From Bugula neritina (taxonomy: Eukaryota > Animalia > Bryozoa): a stretch of DNA of 64,000 bases. Positions 37,589 to 50,849 of the stretch are shown here, in pieces. A model generated the notes under the pieces. It ran no database searches and was not told the DNA's origin. It was given only the letters and a program-made list of their open reading frames with translations. The stretch is taken from positions 10,178,698 to 10,242,697 of the forward strand of contig OZ037765.1 in assembly GCA_964035545.1 (NCBI GenBank), written 5' to 3'. Position numbers and translations under genes: made by a program. Within the stretch, counting starts at the first letter, position 1. Each line of letters opens with the position of its first letter.

Positions 37589-40500
37589 TTAGACTAAAGC
37601 TCCACAATCTGGTATGTCCAGTTTTTGACTAAGTTGAGTCACTGCATTTATGATATTGTTTTGATTTGCCGTCACCTGAGTTGGCTGCGTCATAAAGTTC
37701 ACGTCCTTCTTTTCTGGCGTTTGTCGCAATGCCAGTGGACTAAGTTTCCGAGATTTATTAGCGTTGAGATCTATGGGTAGCAAAACATCGGGAATATGGC
37801 TACCTCGTCTGCTGCTGGAAACCGTATCCTCACTCACCCGCCTGCTGTTTCGTCTTGAAGAGTACTGACACGTCGTCGTCTCCGTTTCCGTCTCATCTTT
37901 TTTAATAACTGAACTTGATCTCCGCTTTCTTGACCAGGGACCGTGGGAGGGCAGAGTCTGTTCGTCTTGCCAGTGACGATAACTCTTGGTCAATGATGAT
38001 CTGACTTCTTCGTTCAGGAAACAGTAAACTAAAGCTACTACAAATCCCTAAAAGTAAAATTTAGTAGCTATATTTACAGTATTTATAACAATATATAAAA
38101 CAATAGGAAAATATCACATAAGTGTGCAGTATAATATACATTTACTTTCACATCCTCTGCAGGTAAACCCATTTTTGAAGTTACATTACATAACTTAATG
38201 TAAAATATTAGGCTACAACTTGCATGATACAACTTGTCTCTCGATCTCTCTGATAAATTCCAACCTTTACATATATTAGGGTTATAGTAAATAGAAAGCC
38301 GTGTATAGTGTATACCATATATGTAAACCACATAGTACTTACTACTGTTGATTGAACGATGGAGTTGATGTAGACCCAGATAGTATACCCATGACGGTCT
38401 GTAGGCCTAACTATGATCAGCAGATATGTACCTCCCAATAGTGGTACTAAGACTATTAGGGCTTTTAAGGCTTTCCTGTAAATTATAAAGATATCATCAA
38501 ATCTTCATTTCTATAAACAATGTGCTGACGTTTTACTCTAACAGTTCCCAAGTAGAATCAAAACATAAAATTAAGCTATTTTTCAAGCTGTTATGTTTTG
38601 CTTATTTTATATTAAAATAGTAGAGCATGTATTTTATATTTTGACAAGTATAGAAAACAGTATAAACCACCACCCGATCAAGACATGATGGTGAAAGGTA
38701 AACATAGAAAACAGTATAAGCTATACAAAAGCACACGTACCCATATTGTTTTCGCTCGTTGAGAGCAGAGTTTCTCAGTTTCCTCACCAACGTATATATA
38801 ACGCCGATCATGAATATTGCACAAATCTACAAGTATTATAAGATACAATACAAGTTTTAGTTATCAAAATAATGTAGATATATTATGTGAACTTTTTAAA
38901 AGGTAACTGTATTGTATTATTTTATCATAATCAATGAGCATGGTAACAATCATATGAGATAACAACTATAAAAGGAAATAATTGCAATGTAATAAAAGTC
39001 TAAAAACCTTATATAACATTAATTGATGACTATTTACTAGTTAACATTTGAGATATGGCAAGCAGGACTGCATCATTCATGCTTAAGTAGTATTAGGTGC
39101 ACATTAATGTATGCTGAGTAAATTAATTTTCATATCTATATCACATAGCTCTGTGAGCCCATGCTTCTAATCAACTCACTAGCTAAGCCTAATTGCCAAA
39201 CATGATGCAATTTAGCTGAGTGGTCATAGAATCAGTTGATTTAAACGGAATAACTATGCCGAGGTTGTATCTAAGATATTGCTGCCTACTCTAACAACGC
39301 ACGAGCCAGTGCTGCTTAACATACCGCAAGAAAGATAGTTATGGTCACACTTTCTATTGCATTAGCTGGTTCAAAAAAGCTGCCAGAGTGCCAACACCTA
39401 AAACAAAGTAAAAGCATATTCGTCACTGTGATAAACAGTAAGGAGTTGAGATGACAGGCTCTAATTTTGAATAATAAAACAATCAACTACCCAAAGTTTA
39501 TATCTCTGAAAATGTTTTGCAATTTAACTAAAGAGTAAAAACAATTATGAGAAGGTTGAACACATTTATGTAAGAACACAACTCCTTACAGTATCATTGA
39601 TGAGCTTTCATTATACTAGCCTGTGCCTAAGCATGACTTAGAGCTGTTCAAGGTTGATGTTTAGCTACAGAAATTAGGCTATAAAACTATTCTGCTATAT
39701 TATTATAACTTTCACATAAATGTCATTGTAAACTATTATGTTATATTATAACTTTCTCATAGATGTCATTGTAAACTTACGGGTCTTTGGCTGTCAACAC
39801 ATTAACTATAATACAGGCCAACGTAATCAGAGTAGGCAACCCTGCAAAATATAAAGAAACATATACTCATACAACACACATGCATTACCACAATACACTT
39901 GAGTTAAACTATGCTTGTATAGCCTGCTTGTTCTGTTTTATTAAAAGATGCAATTACCAAACTTACCCCAGCCAATCAGTGTGCAGTGTTTGAACTTCAA
40001 CTGATCTGTAAGGGAAGCACCAACTACTACTATAAAGAGATATAGTCCTTCAATGAAGATCCAGGAGAACTGAGACAGGTAGAAGAACTTGTGTAACGTG
40101 AAAAGTGTCTTGCATTCAATCTAAAAGTAAAGCCTTTGTTTTAGTTTACGAGCTGACAAGAGTAGTAAAAAATGCTTGACATTAAAACTAAAAGGCTGCC
40201 AGGATAAAACTAACTGCTGCTAAGCATTCTGTCACAATTTTAGGCATAAAATCTGTAAACAATAAGACTGCTTTTTGATATCATTATATGTTCTTTTCAC
40301 ATTCATAATTATTGCTTCTATTGTCAACCTAAAAAGCTTTGAGGTTTCAGCATTTGGTGTACTATTTTGCTTTCCCATACTTTGCATTTTTAGGTTTCTT
40401 TGACTTAGTACTATATATAGTTCATGCTATTCATGTCTTGGGAACCAAAATACATAATAATAGTCTTACTATTTTCTCAAGCAGTTTATCATTCAATGTC

Positions 40501-43500
40501 CCATGCATTACTGCTATCCACACAATGTTCTTCATAGTGATTGCAATGAACAGCTGACTGTGTATCAGGTTCCTCAAACAGCGTAAATGTCTACAACACA
40601 AGTTATGAAAAAGGTGTAAGCCCGGATGAAGCAGCTAATTGATGCAACTGCTAGTAACAGCTAATATATTCTCAAAGCTGGGTCTTCTCATGCAACTTGG
40701 GTCAGATAGTTGTCACCACAACTCAGTGTAGCAAATACCAATCATATAAACATCTAAACATGATACATGAATTGATTTAATAGACAACAAACTTATGTCC
40801 CTAAATTCCAAGACTAACTTTGTTCTCATGATAATGAGCTTACCTACATCCAGGTATGTGAACCACCCACTTTTATAGCCGCCCCAACAAAATTTCCTTT
40901 AGACTAATAAGTTCATACAAATGGTGTCTCATTTTGCATTAACTGCCTACTGTTGTACAAAAATGTTGTAGGACAATATTCCAAATATAAAACTTTAGGG
41001 TGTAACGCATTAAAGAATATAACAAATCTGTTATTTTATGGTTCTCAAGCAATAAATGAACTTTTAATTTAATTAGATTAAAGTTGAAAAGTGCTCTGAG
41101 AGGTGTGACCAGGGCTGGCGATGGGAAAATTATCCTACAATAGTTAAGAGCAGACTGCACGGCTGCTAATTCAATGAAATATACAACTAACATAAATCAA
41201 GCTGCTAAAATGTAGTAACTATAATAATAATAAATTTACTTGTAGGCGAGGAATATAACGACAGCGATGATCATAGCAATGTTGGATAGGATGAATCCTC
41301 CAAGATAAATAAATGTGGCATTTTTATTTAGCTTCGCCTCTTTCTAAAACAACAAGAGAGTGATATGTTAGCTATGGAGACCGGACAAAGCAATAACTAA
41401 TAATCCGATTGAAACATTCTTCTCAACAGATAAGAAACTATTATTCTTTGATAAAATATAAAATTGTTACCTTAACAGCAAAAAGGCCTGCTTTATGTTT
41501 AAATATTGAAACTTTTGAATGTCATAATTTTCAATTAAATTCTGATTAATGCAATTCTTATCACTGGGGAAAAAGAGGAAGCAAACTTCTACTGTATTTT
41601 TAATATTTAGTTTTAGAAAAATGAAAAAAGCTAGAAGAAGTTATAAACATGAAATCCAAGTGCACTACTCACGCAAACACATTATATTTATAATATGAAA
41701 ATTCATGCACCTAACTGGCAGCCATCATTCCTTTACCTACCTTTAACAGATCTTCATATTCTAGCAGCTCATCGATGCATTCATCAAAGTTTGCTTTAGC
41801 AGCCCATGTTCCGTTTACATCACAATATCTGCTCACTGACCCTAAAAAGCATAAATTATATTGCTTAAAAATCGGCAAGCTTTATATTAAAGCAGGGAAA
41901 TATTTATACAATGCAACATTTGATGTTAGTGTATCAAGGAAAGACTTTTCCATTCCATTATACTTGTATCATTCAGTGAAGCTACCATATAACAAAATAC
42001 CAAAGCTGAATTCTCCGTATGTTGACCATGAAAATTTTAAATTTTCATTAATTGAACAAAAAGAAAAGTAGTTACTATTAAGGATTAAAAACAAATGTAT
42101 TGCAAGTTGTCTTAGTTTTTATATGTAAAAGAGACACATTTACTGGTTATTTTATATAAATGCTTTTAGGACCAACAAACCTTCTTCAAAGTTTTAAGGT
42201 TTTAGTATTATGCAAACTGAGATTATAGGCTAAAACTGACTAAAAACCTGTATTGATCCAAATTATAGAGAGAAATGTCTTGGTCATGTAAATGAGCACA
42301 ATGTTAATGGTTGTTGTAATGCGATGTATGCATTATCTTTAACAGGTAATTGGGTATACTTTCAAGCTCCATTCCACAACTTGACCTTTAAGTTTAGGAT
42401 GAAGTTCAAAGTAATAATTGAATGTCAAAAAGATCATTAATGAAACTACTGTACAATTGCTTATTTAGTATCAAGAAAAATGCTACGCTAGCTTTAAAAA
42501 AAGTTGTTTTATTTGTTAGAAAGCAACGAATAATGTAGATATTTGGATATAAGAGATAAAGCTTTCTGATAACTTTTCATAGATTTGGCTTCAATGGGAA
42601 AAGATTAGGCACAATAAGATTGAGCCGACAAGCTTCAGGCAATTGCTTATATAAGTTGGCAGTGTTTGTATTTTCTTTTAGCCACAAAAATCAATTAAAA
42701 CCCTCTTTCTTTCTATTTTTAGATATGTTTAGTCATTAAATTACAAACAAAAGTTACTGTCAAAACAATTAGTGAGCTAGTGAAATTCGAAGCAACTAGA
42801 ATCAAAAGGTTGAATCAACATTTTATGGCGATTGTTTATTGCTGGTTTACTATATCCAGTCTGCACGTTCACAAAATACATAAAGGATGTAGGTAAGCTT
42901 TGTGGTTAAAGCTGTTTGGTGCAGGTTTCTCAATCAGCAGCGACTCAAATGCAGATGAAATCATAAATCATGTTCTATATACTGTTTCAAGTTTGTTTTT
43001 CAAAGAATTCACCCAGTCATTAATAGTTATTACCTATTTTCTGATTAACTCTAATTAAAAACTGGAAAAATTGAGCCAAATGGATTAAAAACAATATTAA
43101 ACCAGCTGTGATATGCATATAAACTTTAAACTAACAATAAACACAACAAAAGCAAAAAAATGCTATATATCTGCTATAGGTACAATGTTTTTTAAAATCC
43201 CACTCTCACTCCCAATATGACGCAGTAAATTAGCCATATTCTGATAGTACTCTCCAGTAAACTTAAATTGCTATGGGTATAAAATGTGATAAACTTCAAA
43301 CTCAAATTTCAGCCAATGGATGCTAGTTTTTCTATAACTTTGTTTTAAGAAATGCACAGTTTTTATAGAAAAACAGGGCTTTTTATAACTTCTTACCAAG
43401 ATATACAAGTTTTTTAACATTTGTCAGAAAAAATTGCAATATTCTCACTAATGTGCAATTAGATGCAAATTTCAAACAGGTTTTATATGCTGGGTGTAAA

Positions 43501-46500
43501 ATATTTCAAGATTTTGAAGTCTGTAACCCTCAAACCTCTAGGTATGTGAAAGCTTGTAATTTTTAAATGGTGTCTCCTATCTACTTTACTATTTACTGTT
43601 TTCGTCACATTCAATTAGAACAATGAAATATAGATTTCATATAAGAAATACAGTAGTGCAATGTTAATAAGCATAATATATGAGAACTTCCACAACACCA
43701 CTTTAGCTAATTGAGAATTTGTTATGCATTTATTCTTTTTTGCAGTTTATGTCAGACTTTAAAAGTCTGAACATTAGCCACTACTCTTAAATGTTTGGGT
43801 TTAAGTTTGGTTTTGAGGAATACTTCTATAATTGGTTACTAAATCGCTGCTTCAGCAGCATATGACTTCAACCCACATCAAGAAATCTTGTTGTTGAAAA
43901 TTAAGTTATTTATCTGGAACTTTTAATCTATAGGGTGTAAACGGTTTACCTTGTTGAAGAACCCCTTTGTTTTATTAGTCAACAATACTTGCAAAACCTG
44001 CACTCATATTGCTACAATATTAACTGATTCACAGTTCATCTACTAAAATAACTCAGGTGATAAAAATTCAATATGCTTTGTTTAATTGCATAGTAAAGAT
44101 GAAAGGCAACTGTTTGTCTTCATGAAAGCAAAATATTATGATTCTAAGATATAAATAAGCAAAGGGGTCATTAATCATATAATTGTTAAATCCTTGTTTG
44201 TTAGTATCATCTAACACTTTATGTTTTTCAAGTCAAATAAGATTTTGCATATCTACAAGATAGCCTACTTGGTTTTTGTATTATTTTGCAAAGAACAATT
44301 TATTGATGGTTGCATCATACCATCTGGTTTTAACTCACTAACTTTAAAAATTGATTTACATATAGAATTAGCTGATCGGATATGTGATTGAGTTTTTTCA
44401 GAAGATTTTTAAGTTCGATTGAAGTAGGTGCAATAATGGAGAAATTGAGAAAAACCTGTGTTCTAGATTAGAAATGTAGCATAAGCAGTTATGTTCTCGC
44501 AAGAATTTTAGCAGGCGCCCCAAGCTGAAATTTAATAAAAAAATTAAAGAATTTAGGTTATCTCAATTTCTCCTAAATGTTCGATTGACCTTCACTTTCT
44601 TTTTGTAGTGAGCAGAGTAAAAGTCTGAGCAAGGAGTGAAGTCAGTTGTAAACAACCACAGCTAGCTATAATGTTATACGCAATTAGCCAGTAGTGATAC
44701 CCTCAAACAAAGCCACAACTTCTTTGTGAATTTATTTTTATATTTCATGAGTGCTTATTTTCAAGAGCTTGTGCGGTTCAAATCAATTACAGTTCATAGA
44801 AAATATAATGCTACATCCAATTCAGTGGTCATGGCTGCTCTAAAGTTGAGGAACATCAACTAAAAGTTGGAATAGAGGCATTGCTCAAAATTTATTATGT
44901 GTCTTTGTCAAAGAGCTTCGTGCCAAAAGTCTAACCAAATGCGTGTTTTTGCCCTTAATATGCAATAGTTTTTTTTAAGTTAGAGGTTAATTTTAGGTGA
45001 GAGATGATAAATACAAGTAGCAGGAGATAAAAATAGCTCTAATCAAAGGAATTCTCAATGATTTATCAGTTGTGATAATCAGGCAAAATGTGTACTTGTC
45101 CTTTGTTACTCACCTAATTTATTTCAAATAACAAGTGGCTGGTTGAAGAGTTTGATTTTAGGTGGCAAAAAATATCACCACATTTGAATATCTTGTAAAC
45201 ACAATACTTAAAATGAACAGTTGGTTAATGACAGGTACATGTAATTCAATTTCTTATTTGATTAATTTCTCTATTTTAATCGAGCCCTATGCAGTCATTA
45301 TAAATTATAGCACTACAGCTTTAATAGCATGAAAGTAAAATTTAATTTTCAAGATTTGTGTTAAAAATACTTCAGGTTGAAAGCAATTTTATGTTCATAA
45401 ACTACTTGGCTTGTCTGTAAGAACTTTGACATTCTTTCTGCTAAAATTCATAGCTTTTAAAAAACAACATTTATAAATCAATAGTACTAACTGTTGTTAC
45501 TAGTTATGTCAAATATCATTTAAAAAACCTTTCAACAGAAAAATTCAAAAGGACACAATTATGTTACTTTGGAAGGAAAGTATCATGAAATAATTAATAT
45601 TTAGTCAGGGCAATAGCATGAAATGCTGGACCAAAAACTGTGTACATTTATCGATTAGTATTTATATCATCATCATTTAAAAACTGCTATAAACTGCTAT
45701 ACAAAGTTCATTAAAACGAATGATCAACTATATTCATAACTAGAGGTTGATAAAAAACTTATTTAGATTTAAATTCCAATAACACTACCATATATTTTCA
45801 AAATTTTACACACCTCTTAGTGTAGGCAAATGCGGTGAGCCACTTGAGGGACACGGCTGGCGGGCTGTTTCACCTGCTTCAATAGGATACCAGACTAGGA
45901 ACTTGTCTTTACAAAATCCACAGTAATCTCCTAAAAGTACGACAGTATATTATTAGTCATGATAATAGTCTATAGCATATAGACATCAATAGTAAAGTTA
46001 TAATATTGCTGGCAACACTAAAAACTTGTTGGCTATATATACTGGATTTTATCAATAGTGGTATTATCAAGTTGGGAATTACCTTAAACCGTTGTTGCTC
46101 TCTTTTGAGCTCCAATTTTTATTGTTGCACCTGATTTTTAGTAATTCAAATTACAATCATAAATCGTAACACTATCCTTGCATATTTTCAGTTTAAAGGC
46201 AGTACCTAATTAATAAAAATTGACTTTTACAAGAAAGCTCTGGGTAAAGGTCAAAAACTGGTTACATTAAAAATAAATCTAGAATATAATTCTAAACATG
46301 TTTCTGTGAACCTACACAACCTAATAATCATCAATATAACTGCAGTTATCAATGAAAAAACTCAGACCCGTGGTGACTCGTTTTACTAATTCTTCTTTTT
46401 AGAGCAGTTAAACATACAACATTAATTTCAAATGGGTTATTAAACTTTCAACAAATGTGAAGTATACTAGGATTTTGAACTGAATTTACTTTTAGAGGAG

Positions 46501-46915
46501 ATAATCACGGTGCAGTAAACATATTATTCAATCAAGGATATTATAGTTGAACATTTCCAGACACTTACAATTTACTGCTTAACGACACTACTCTACTTCT
46601 TTGAAACAGCTGATTATATATTTCGAAAAGGTGTACACCTTAGAAATAAATCGGAATTGTAATTTAGAAAATGGGTAACATACCTGTTGAGGTGTAGTTT
46701 TTACAGTCCAATATAGTTAGAGAAGCATCGACGAAAGCGGTGGTTGTATAATTGTTTGTCAACTGAGTCAAGTTAACGGCTGGAAGGAGTTCTTCAAATG
46801 TACTTGTTTTACCATCTACAGAGTTGACTTTGTTTGTATCATTAGTTGCTAAAACCAACAGTGACTGTGTTAACAAGTACCCTAATAATATGCGGTAAGC
46901 CAGCATGGTCTCCAT
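37589..46915 (-). CDS. Class B1 (secretin-family) GPCR, CRF/diuretic hormone 44/ELH receptor-like, ~546 aa, 11 exons
   Basis: Exons 46684-46915, 45814-45930, 41741-41841, 41240-41343, 40470-40590, 39967-40120, 39781-39841, 39325-39397, 38741-38826, 38343-38475 and 37589-38047 sum to 1641 nt in frame. Motifs: signal peptide, ECD GETARQPCP and RYCDVNGTW..NFDEC, LRCLRNLIH (ICL1/TM2), WIFIEGLYL (TM3), IGWGLP (TM4), KLRNS..E.KQY.KALKALIVLVPLLG.TY (ICL3/TM6), GFVVALVYCFLNEEVR..HWQD (TM7/H8). LRCLRN and KLRxS..QY are typical of the CRHR/DH44R branch. Confidence 0.93.
39683..39778. repeat. ~45-bp tandem duplication next to the GPCR exon 7 donor
   Basis: AAACTATT.TG.TATATT(ATT)ATAACTTTC.CATA.ATGTCATTGT occurs twice. 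Confidence 0.7.
44426..44575. mobile_element. MITE family A copy (GPCR intron 2)
   Basis: taGGTGCAATAATGGAGAAATTGAGAAAAACCTGTGTTCTAGATTAGAAATGTAGC..TCTCAATTTCTCCta. Confidence 0.75.
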
Positions 46916-48166
46916 TATTGAAGATCCTATGTTATAGTTGGAGGCAGCAAAATGAGAAAATAAGCTCTGATTACTTATAAGCAACCTTCAACAGAAGTGC
47001 CTAAGAAAGATAATGTTTTGTCTGCCATTTGCATTAAATATATACCCATGACTTCTCGTATTTGCAACAATCTGCAGAAGTCATCTCATTGGCTATGACT
47101 CCCTTAGAACATAAATTGCATTTCATTGACAGACTCATTGAACGTAATGACCTTTTAACCACACAATATACTTAAACCTTAGTTTCACTTCCGATGTATT
47201 CAAGAATATGATAACCTTTGAGGCATTCCCAAACGTATGACCTAGGGCTAATTTTTATCTGTTGAACATATAACTATAACAGCATACTCTACACAGTTGT
47301 GCCATGCACTAGCTGGCACAGGAAAAACCCTTAAATGAATTGTAAACTATCTTTTGTAACAGACTCTGCTGTATAATTTCACTTGCATACTAAAAAGTTT
47401 AGTGCATAACTATAAAATCAATTAAATGTATTTTATAAGAATATGGTGGAAATCAATGAGCATAAACTATCTGTTAGTTGGTAGTCATTGTTTATTAGTT
47501 GATAAATTATATATTTTGCATATATCCAAAAATGACTGTGAATTAGTATGTGTATTTTATTAAGTTATTTCTTTTATTTTATCTGTTACAAGCAAAAATC
47601 TTTGGAATAAGCAGAGTCTTACATAGGCTAAGAAAATTTGTGGTGGTTTATTTGTTACATAAATCATATGATAAATGCAGTTTATACAAAGGCAGTATTT
47701 TTGCAACCTCGATTACTCATACCGGTTGTTATTTTACTACTTCTTTGGTACCCAAGGCATAGCTAAAACAAGTGAAAAGCAAAACTTTAATAAAATATAT
47801 GCAATTATGGTTTTTATTTTGTAGTATAGCTTTATATTTCTTAGCTTTGAGTGACAATGAACAAGAAGTGTTCAATATTAGTCAGCTTCTAAAATAGTCA
47901 AACTGCACATATCATTGTCTGAAAGGCTCAATAGTAAAATTATTTATCCCTATTATTTTACTGCTTTACATTTTTATTGAAATAGTGAAACTGCTCAATA
48001 ATTATTATGCTTGTTTCAGATTTCAGAGAGTTTTGGCTTTTACTGTACATGTAAATATTTATTAAATTATAGAGTTTTCTCCCCACAATTTTAAGAAGTA
48101 CTCGTTGCGCATCGGTTGCGCAGGTTGTTTATGCGTTACTACTGATACAAGAAAAGCTATTGGTTG

Positions 48167-48266
48167 TAGCGCCGTCTAGTTCCTAGTTCATTATCGACTA
48201 TTCCGGTATCTCGGCATAAACCAGTCATTTTCTTTTTTAGAATCAGAAAGAGCAGCTTATTTAACC
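48167..48266 (+). promoter_or_regulatory. Probable MVP promoter and non-coding first exon, divergent from the GPCR gene
   Basis: Local CpG-richer island at 48100-48220 and a strong donor CC|gtaagt at 48266/48267. The MVP ATG exon is preceded by acceptors ttgCAGCAG at 50831-50836, implying an upstream UTR exon. Confidence 0.5.
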
Positions 48267-48389
48267 GTAAGTTTTATTATTTATGTAAAAATTGCTATTT
48301 GTTGTTCATAGGTTTAAATGAAATATATAAAGCATTGTAATAAAGCAGAATAGTAATAATATAAAGTGCATGAGTTAATGATTTGAATC

Positions 48390-48660
48390 TCATAATTATA
48401 ATCTCAACCTGATTATCATTATGATTATCGTGATGGTCATAATCATAATCATAATGATAATCATAATGAAAATCAAAATCCAGCAATCATAAACTTGAAG
48501 TTAAACGTGGTGCTATGAGTATGACTGTCACTATGATTATGGGTGTGTTAATCATAATGTACATTGTGTCAGTATCACTATGACTATGAACTACGTATTT
48601 GTATGATTATATGTATGGCCATGGGTATCACTATCGTCTATCAGTATCAATATGAATATG
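48390..48660. repeat. Degenerate hexamer low-complexity tract (ATCATA/TATGAT)
   Basis: CATAAT repeats followed by TATGAC/TATGAT repeats. Confidence 0.6.
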
Positions 48661-50849
48661 TAATAATATTAATAATAAAGATAATTAGCGTTTAAGTAAT
48701 AAATTTGTTGGCATTGGTTAAGACTTAAGCATGTACTTGTAGTTATTCTTTTAGATTTTTTGTTGATATTTGCTGAATTTTCCATGCTGCTATAGCAATA
48801 AAAAATAACAATATTACTATTGGTAATAATAATGATAAATAATTATAAACTGCTATAACTTTTCTAGATTTTGCTAGTCTTACTACTATGAGTAGTACTT
48901 ATTAATATTTATAATTTAAATTATTGGCCTTTGACTTGTCATTAAAATGTGACTATCACCATTGCCCATTGCTGCATGTTTGATATTGCAATATTCTAGC
49001 CATTACAGTGTGTTGCTGACAAATCTCTGTTAAAAGCAGTCTTAATTGAATTTAGGTTTTGGACTTTCAAGTAAAGAGCATCAGTATTGATACTTGTGAT
49101 CATTACAATTACTACCTTTAAATAAAAATACTGAAATGATTGATTTTACAACAATAAATAAGTTTATGAACTGTGCTTGTGATTGTAGATTATAAGTTTG
49201 AAAGTCAAAGATTTGATTTATGAATTATAGCTTGTGTGTGTTTTTTAAAAGAACTTTGGTTGTAATTAGCAGTTTGATTACACCTTATACAATTTTATTT
49301 AGTAAAAGATAAGTTAAGCCAAATATGCTAAAGGGTAGCTGTATACTTAGGCTCCAGCTGAACTAAGATTTTGTTACTACTTTTGTGATAGTATAATTAC
49401 TACACTATTTAATAGTTATAGTCCACTAGCAAAATTCTCTTTTTTTAAAAATATATTTTAGTAATCATTTTAGGAACTGCAACAGATGTAACAACTTTCT
49501 AACTCCACAATTTGTTAAAATATTTCCAGATGTATTTCATACTAAACACTTTTTTACTAGAAATTGTAAAAAAGAAATTATGACTCTTTAAGCTCGGCGT
49601 TATATCAATTATTATTTGTAACTCATTCCAAGTTGTATATATAGCAGCTATTTTAATGAATATGTTAAATTATTGCTAATTGTTTTAAAAAAAGCGTTGT
49701 CATAACTATATGCAAACTTCATTTGGTAAGGTTAATCAATTAACAATGTTTAGCTTTGTCAGTGATGCAGAGATGTGCTGATGATTTTTGAGAAAAATAC
49801 AACTGAGCCATAAAATATCAAACATTGAAGAATAAATCAATTAACTTTTAAAAGGCATTCATAGCAATAAAGCTTTTTATACTGTTGGTGTCTTCAGTTT
49901 TATTGCCGGACTTTCATTCCCATATCAACTAATCGCCTACTTTTAAGGCAAGTTGCCCTTGCTTCAAATCCAGTCCAATAGTATTTTTTAATAAGCTGCA
50001 GTCGTTAAAGTACTTGGGTTGTGCTTTTAATTAGATTTACATTTATATTTATTCTGGAAAAGGTATGATGCTCTGCTAGAAATTATAATAAATAAAAGTA
50101 TGTTTCATTGAACTATTGAATCAAACAAACGTATGTTGTGTTTTGTTTTCATGTCATGTCTAACAGAATATGGCACACCTTACTTTATAGTTTTGAAAAG
50201 CTACATTTTTAATGTTGCACACGTTCATGATTTTCAGAGATTTCAATTTCATTTTTCCTCATGTTGAGGTCGCCTTTAGTTCCCTATACTTAAGATGAAT
50301 TTTTGTATAGGTTGGCTGTGTACACAGTAAAGCTTGAAATGTTGCATCATCATTCCATATATTGCGACACCAGTTTATTCATATGTTATCAGGGTGATAT
50401 ATACTTGCTAATCATAATGGTTTTGTATGAAAGGTTTAATCAATCATCCACAACATTGCTTTTCTCTCATGATGCAATTCATAGGTTTGAGTAATCTGAA
50501 TGTCTGGTATGGGCTTGTGAATTCAATTAGTTACTAGTTGTGCAGCTGGCTGTATAGTTATGTTTAGAGCTTGTCAAGCCAAGGCTTTCTGCTGAAGCTT
50601 TTTCAATACAAGCTTCATTATATTCCTATTGAGTGGGTTAGCTACAATTAGCATTTTCAAGGAAGTAAAGCTTTCTTATAGCTTTTTGTAGCTAGTTTTC
50701 CTTCTTTTTAAAAAAGTCTTATATTGAATTAGTGAAGCATCACCTTGAAACTGCATATAATTATACTAGTTAGCATCATAATAAACATTCCTGGAGTGTT
50801 ATAAGTCATTGGAGTTGTTTCGCTAAATTGCAGCAGGTAGTTAGAAACA

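Noticed and set aside
48295-48486. His/Asp/Tyr-rich ORF
   Set aside because: Product of hexamer low-complexity DNA in the probable MVP 5' UTR intron.
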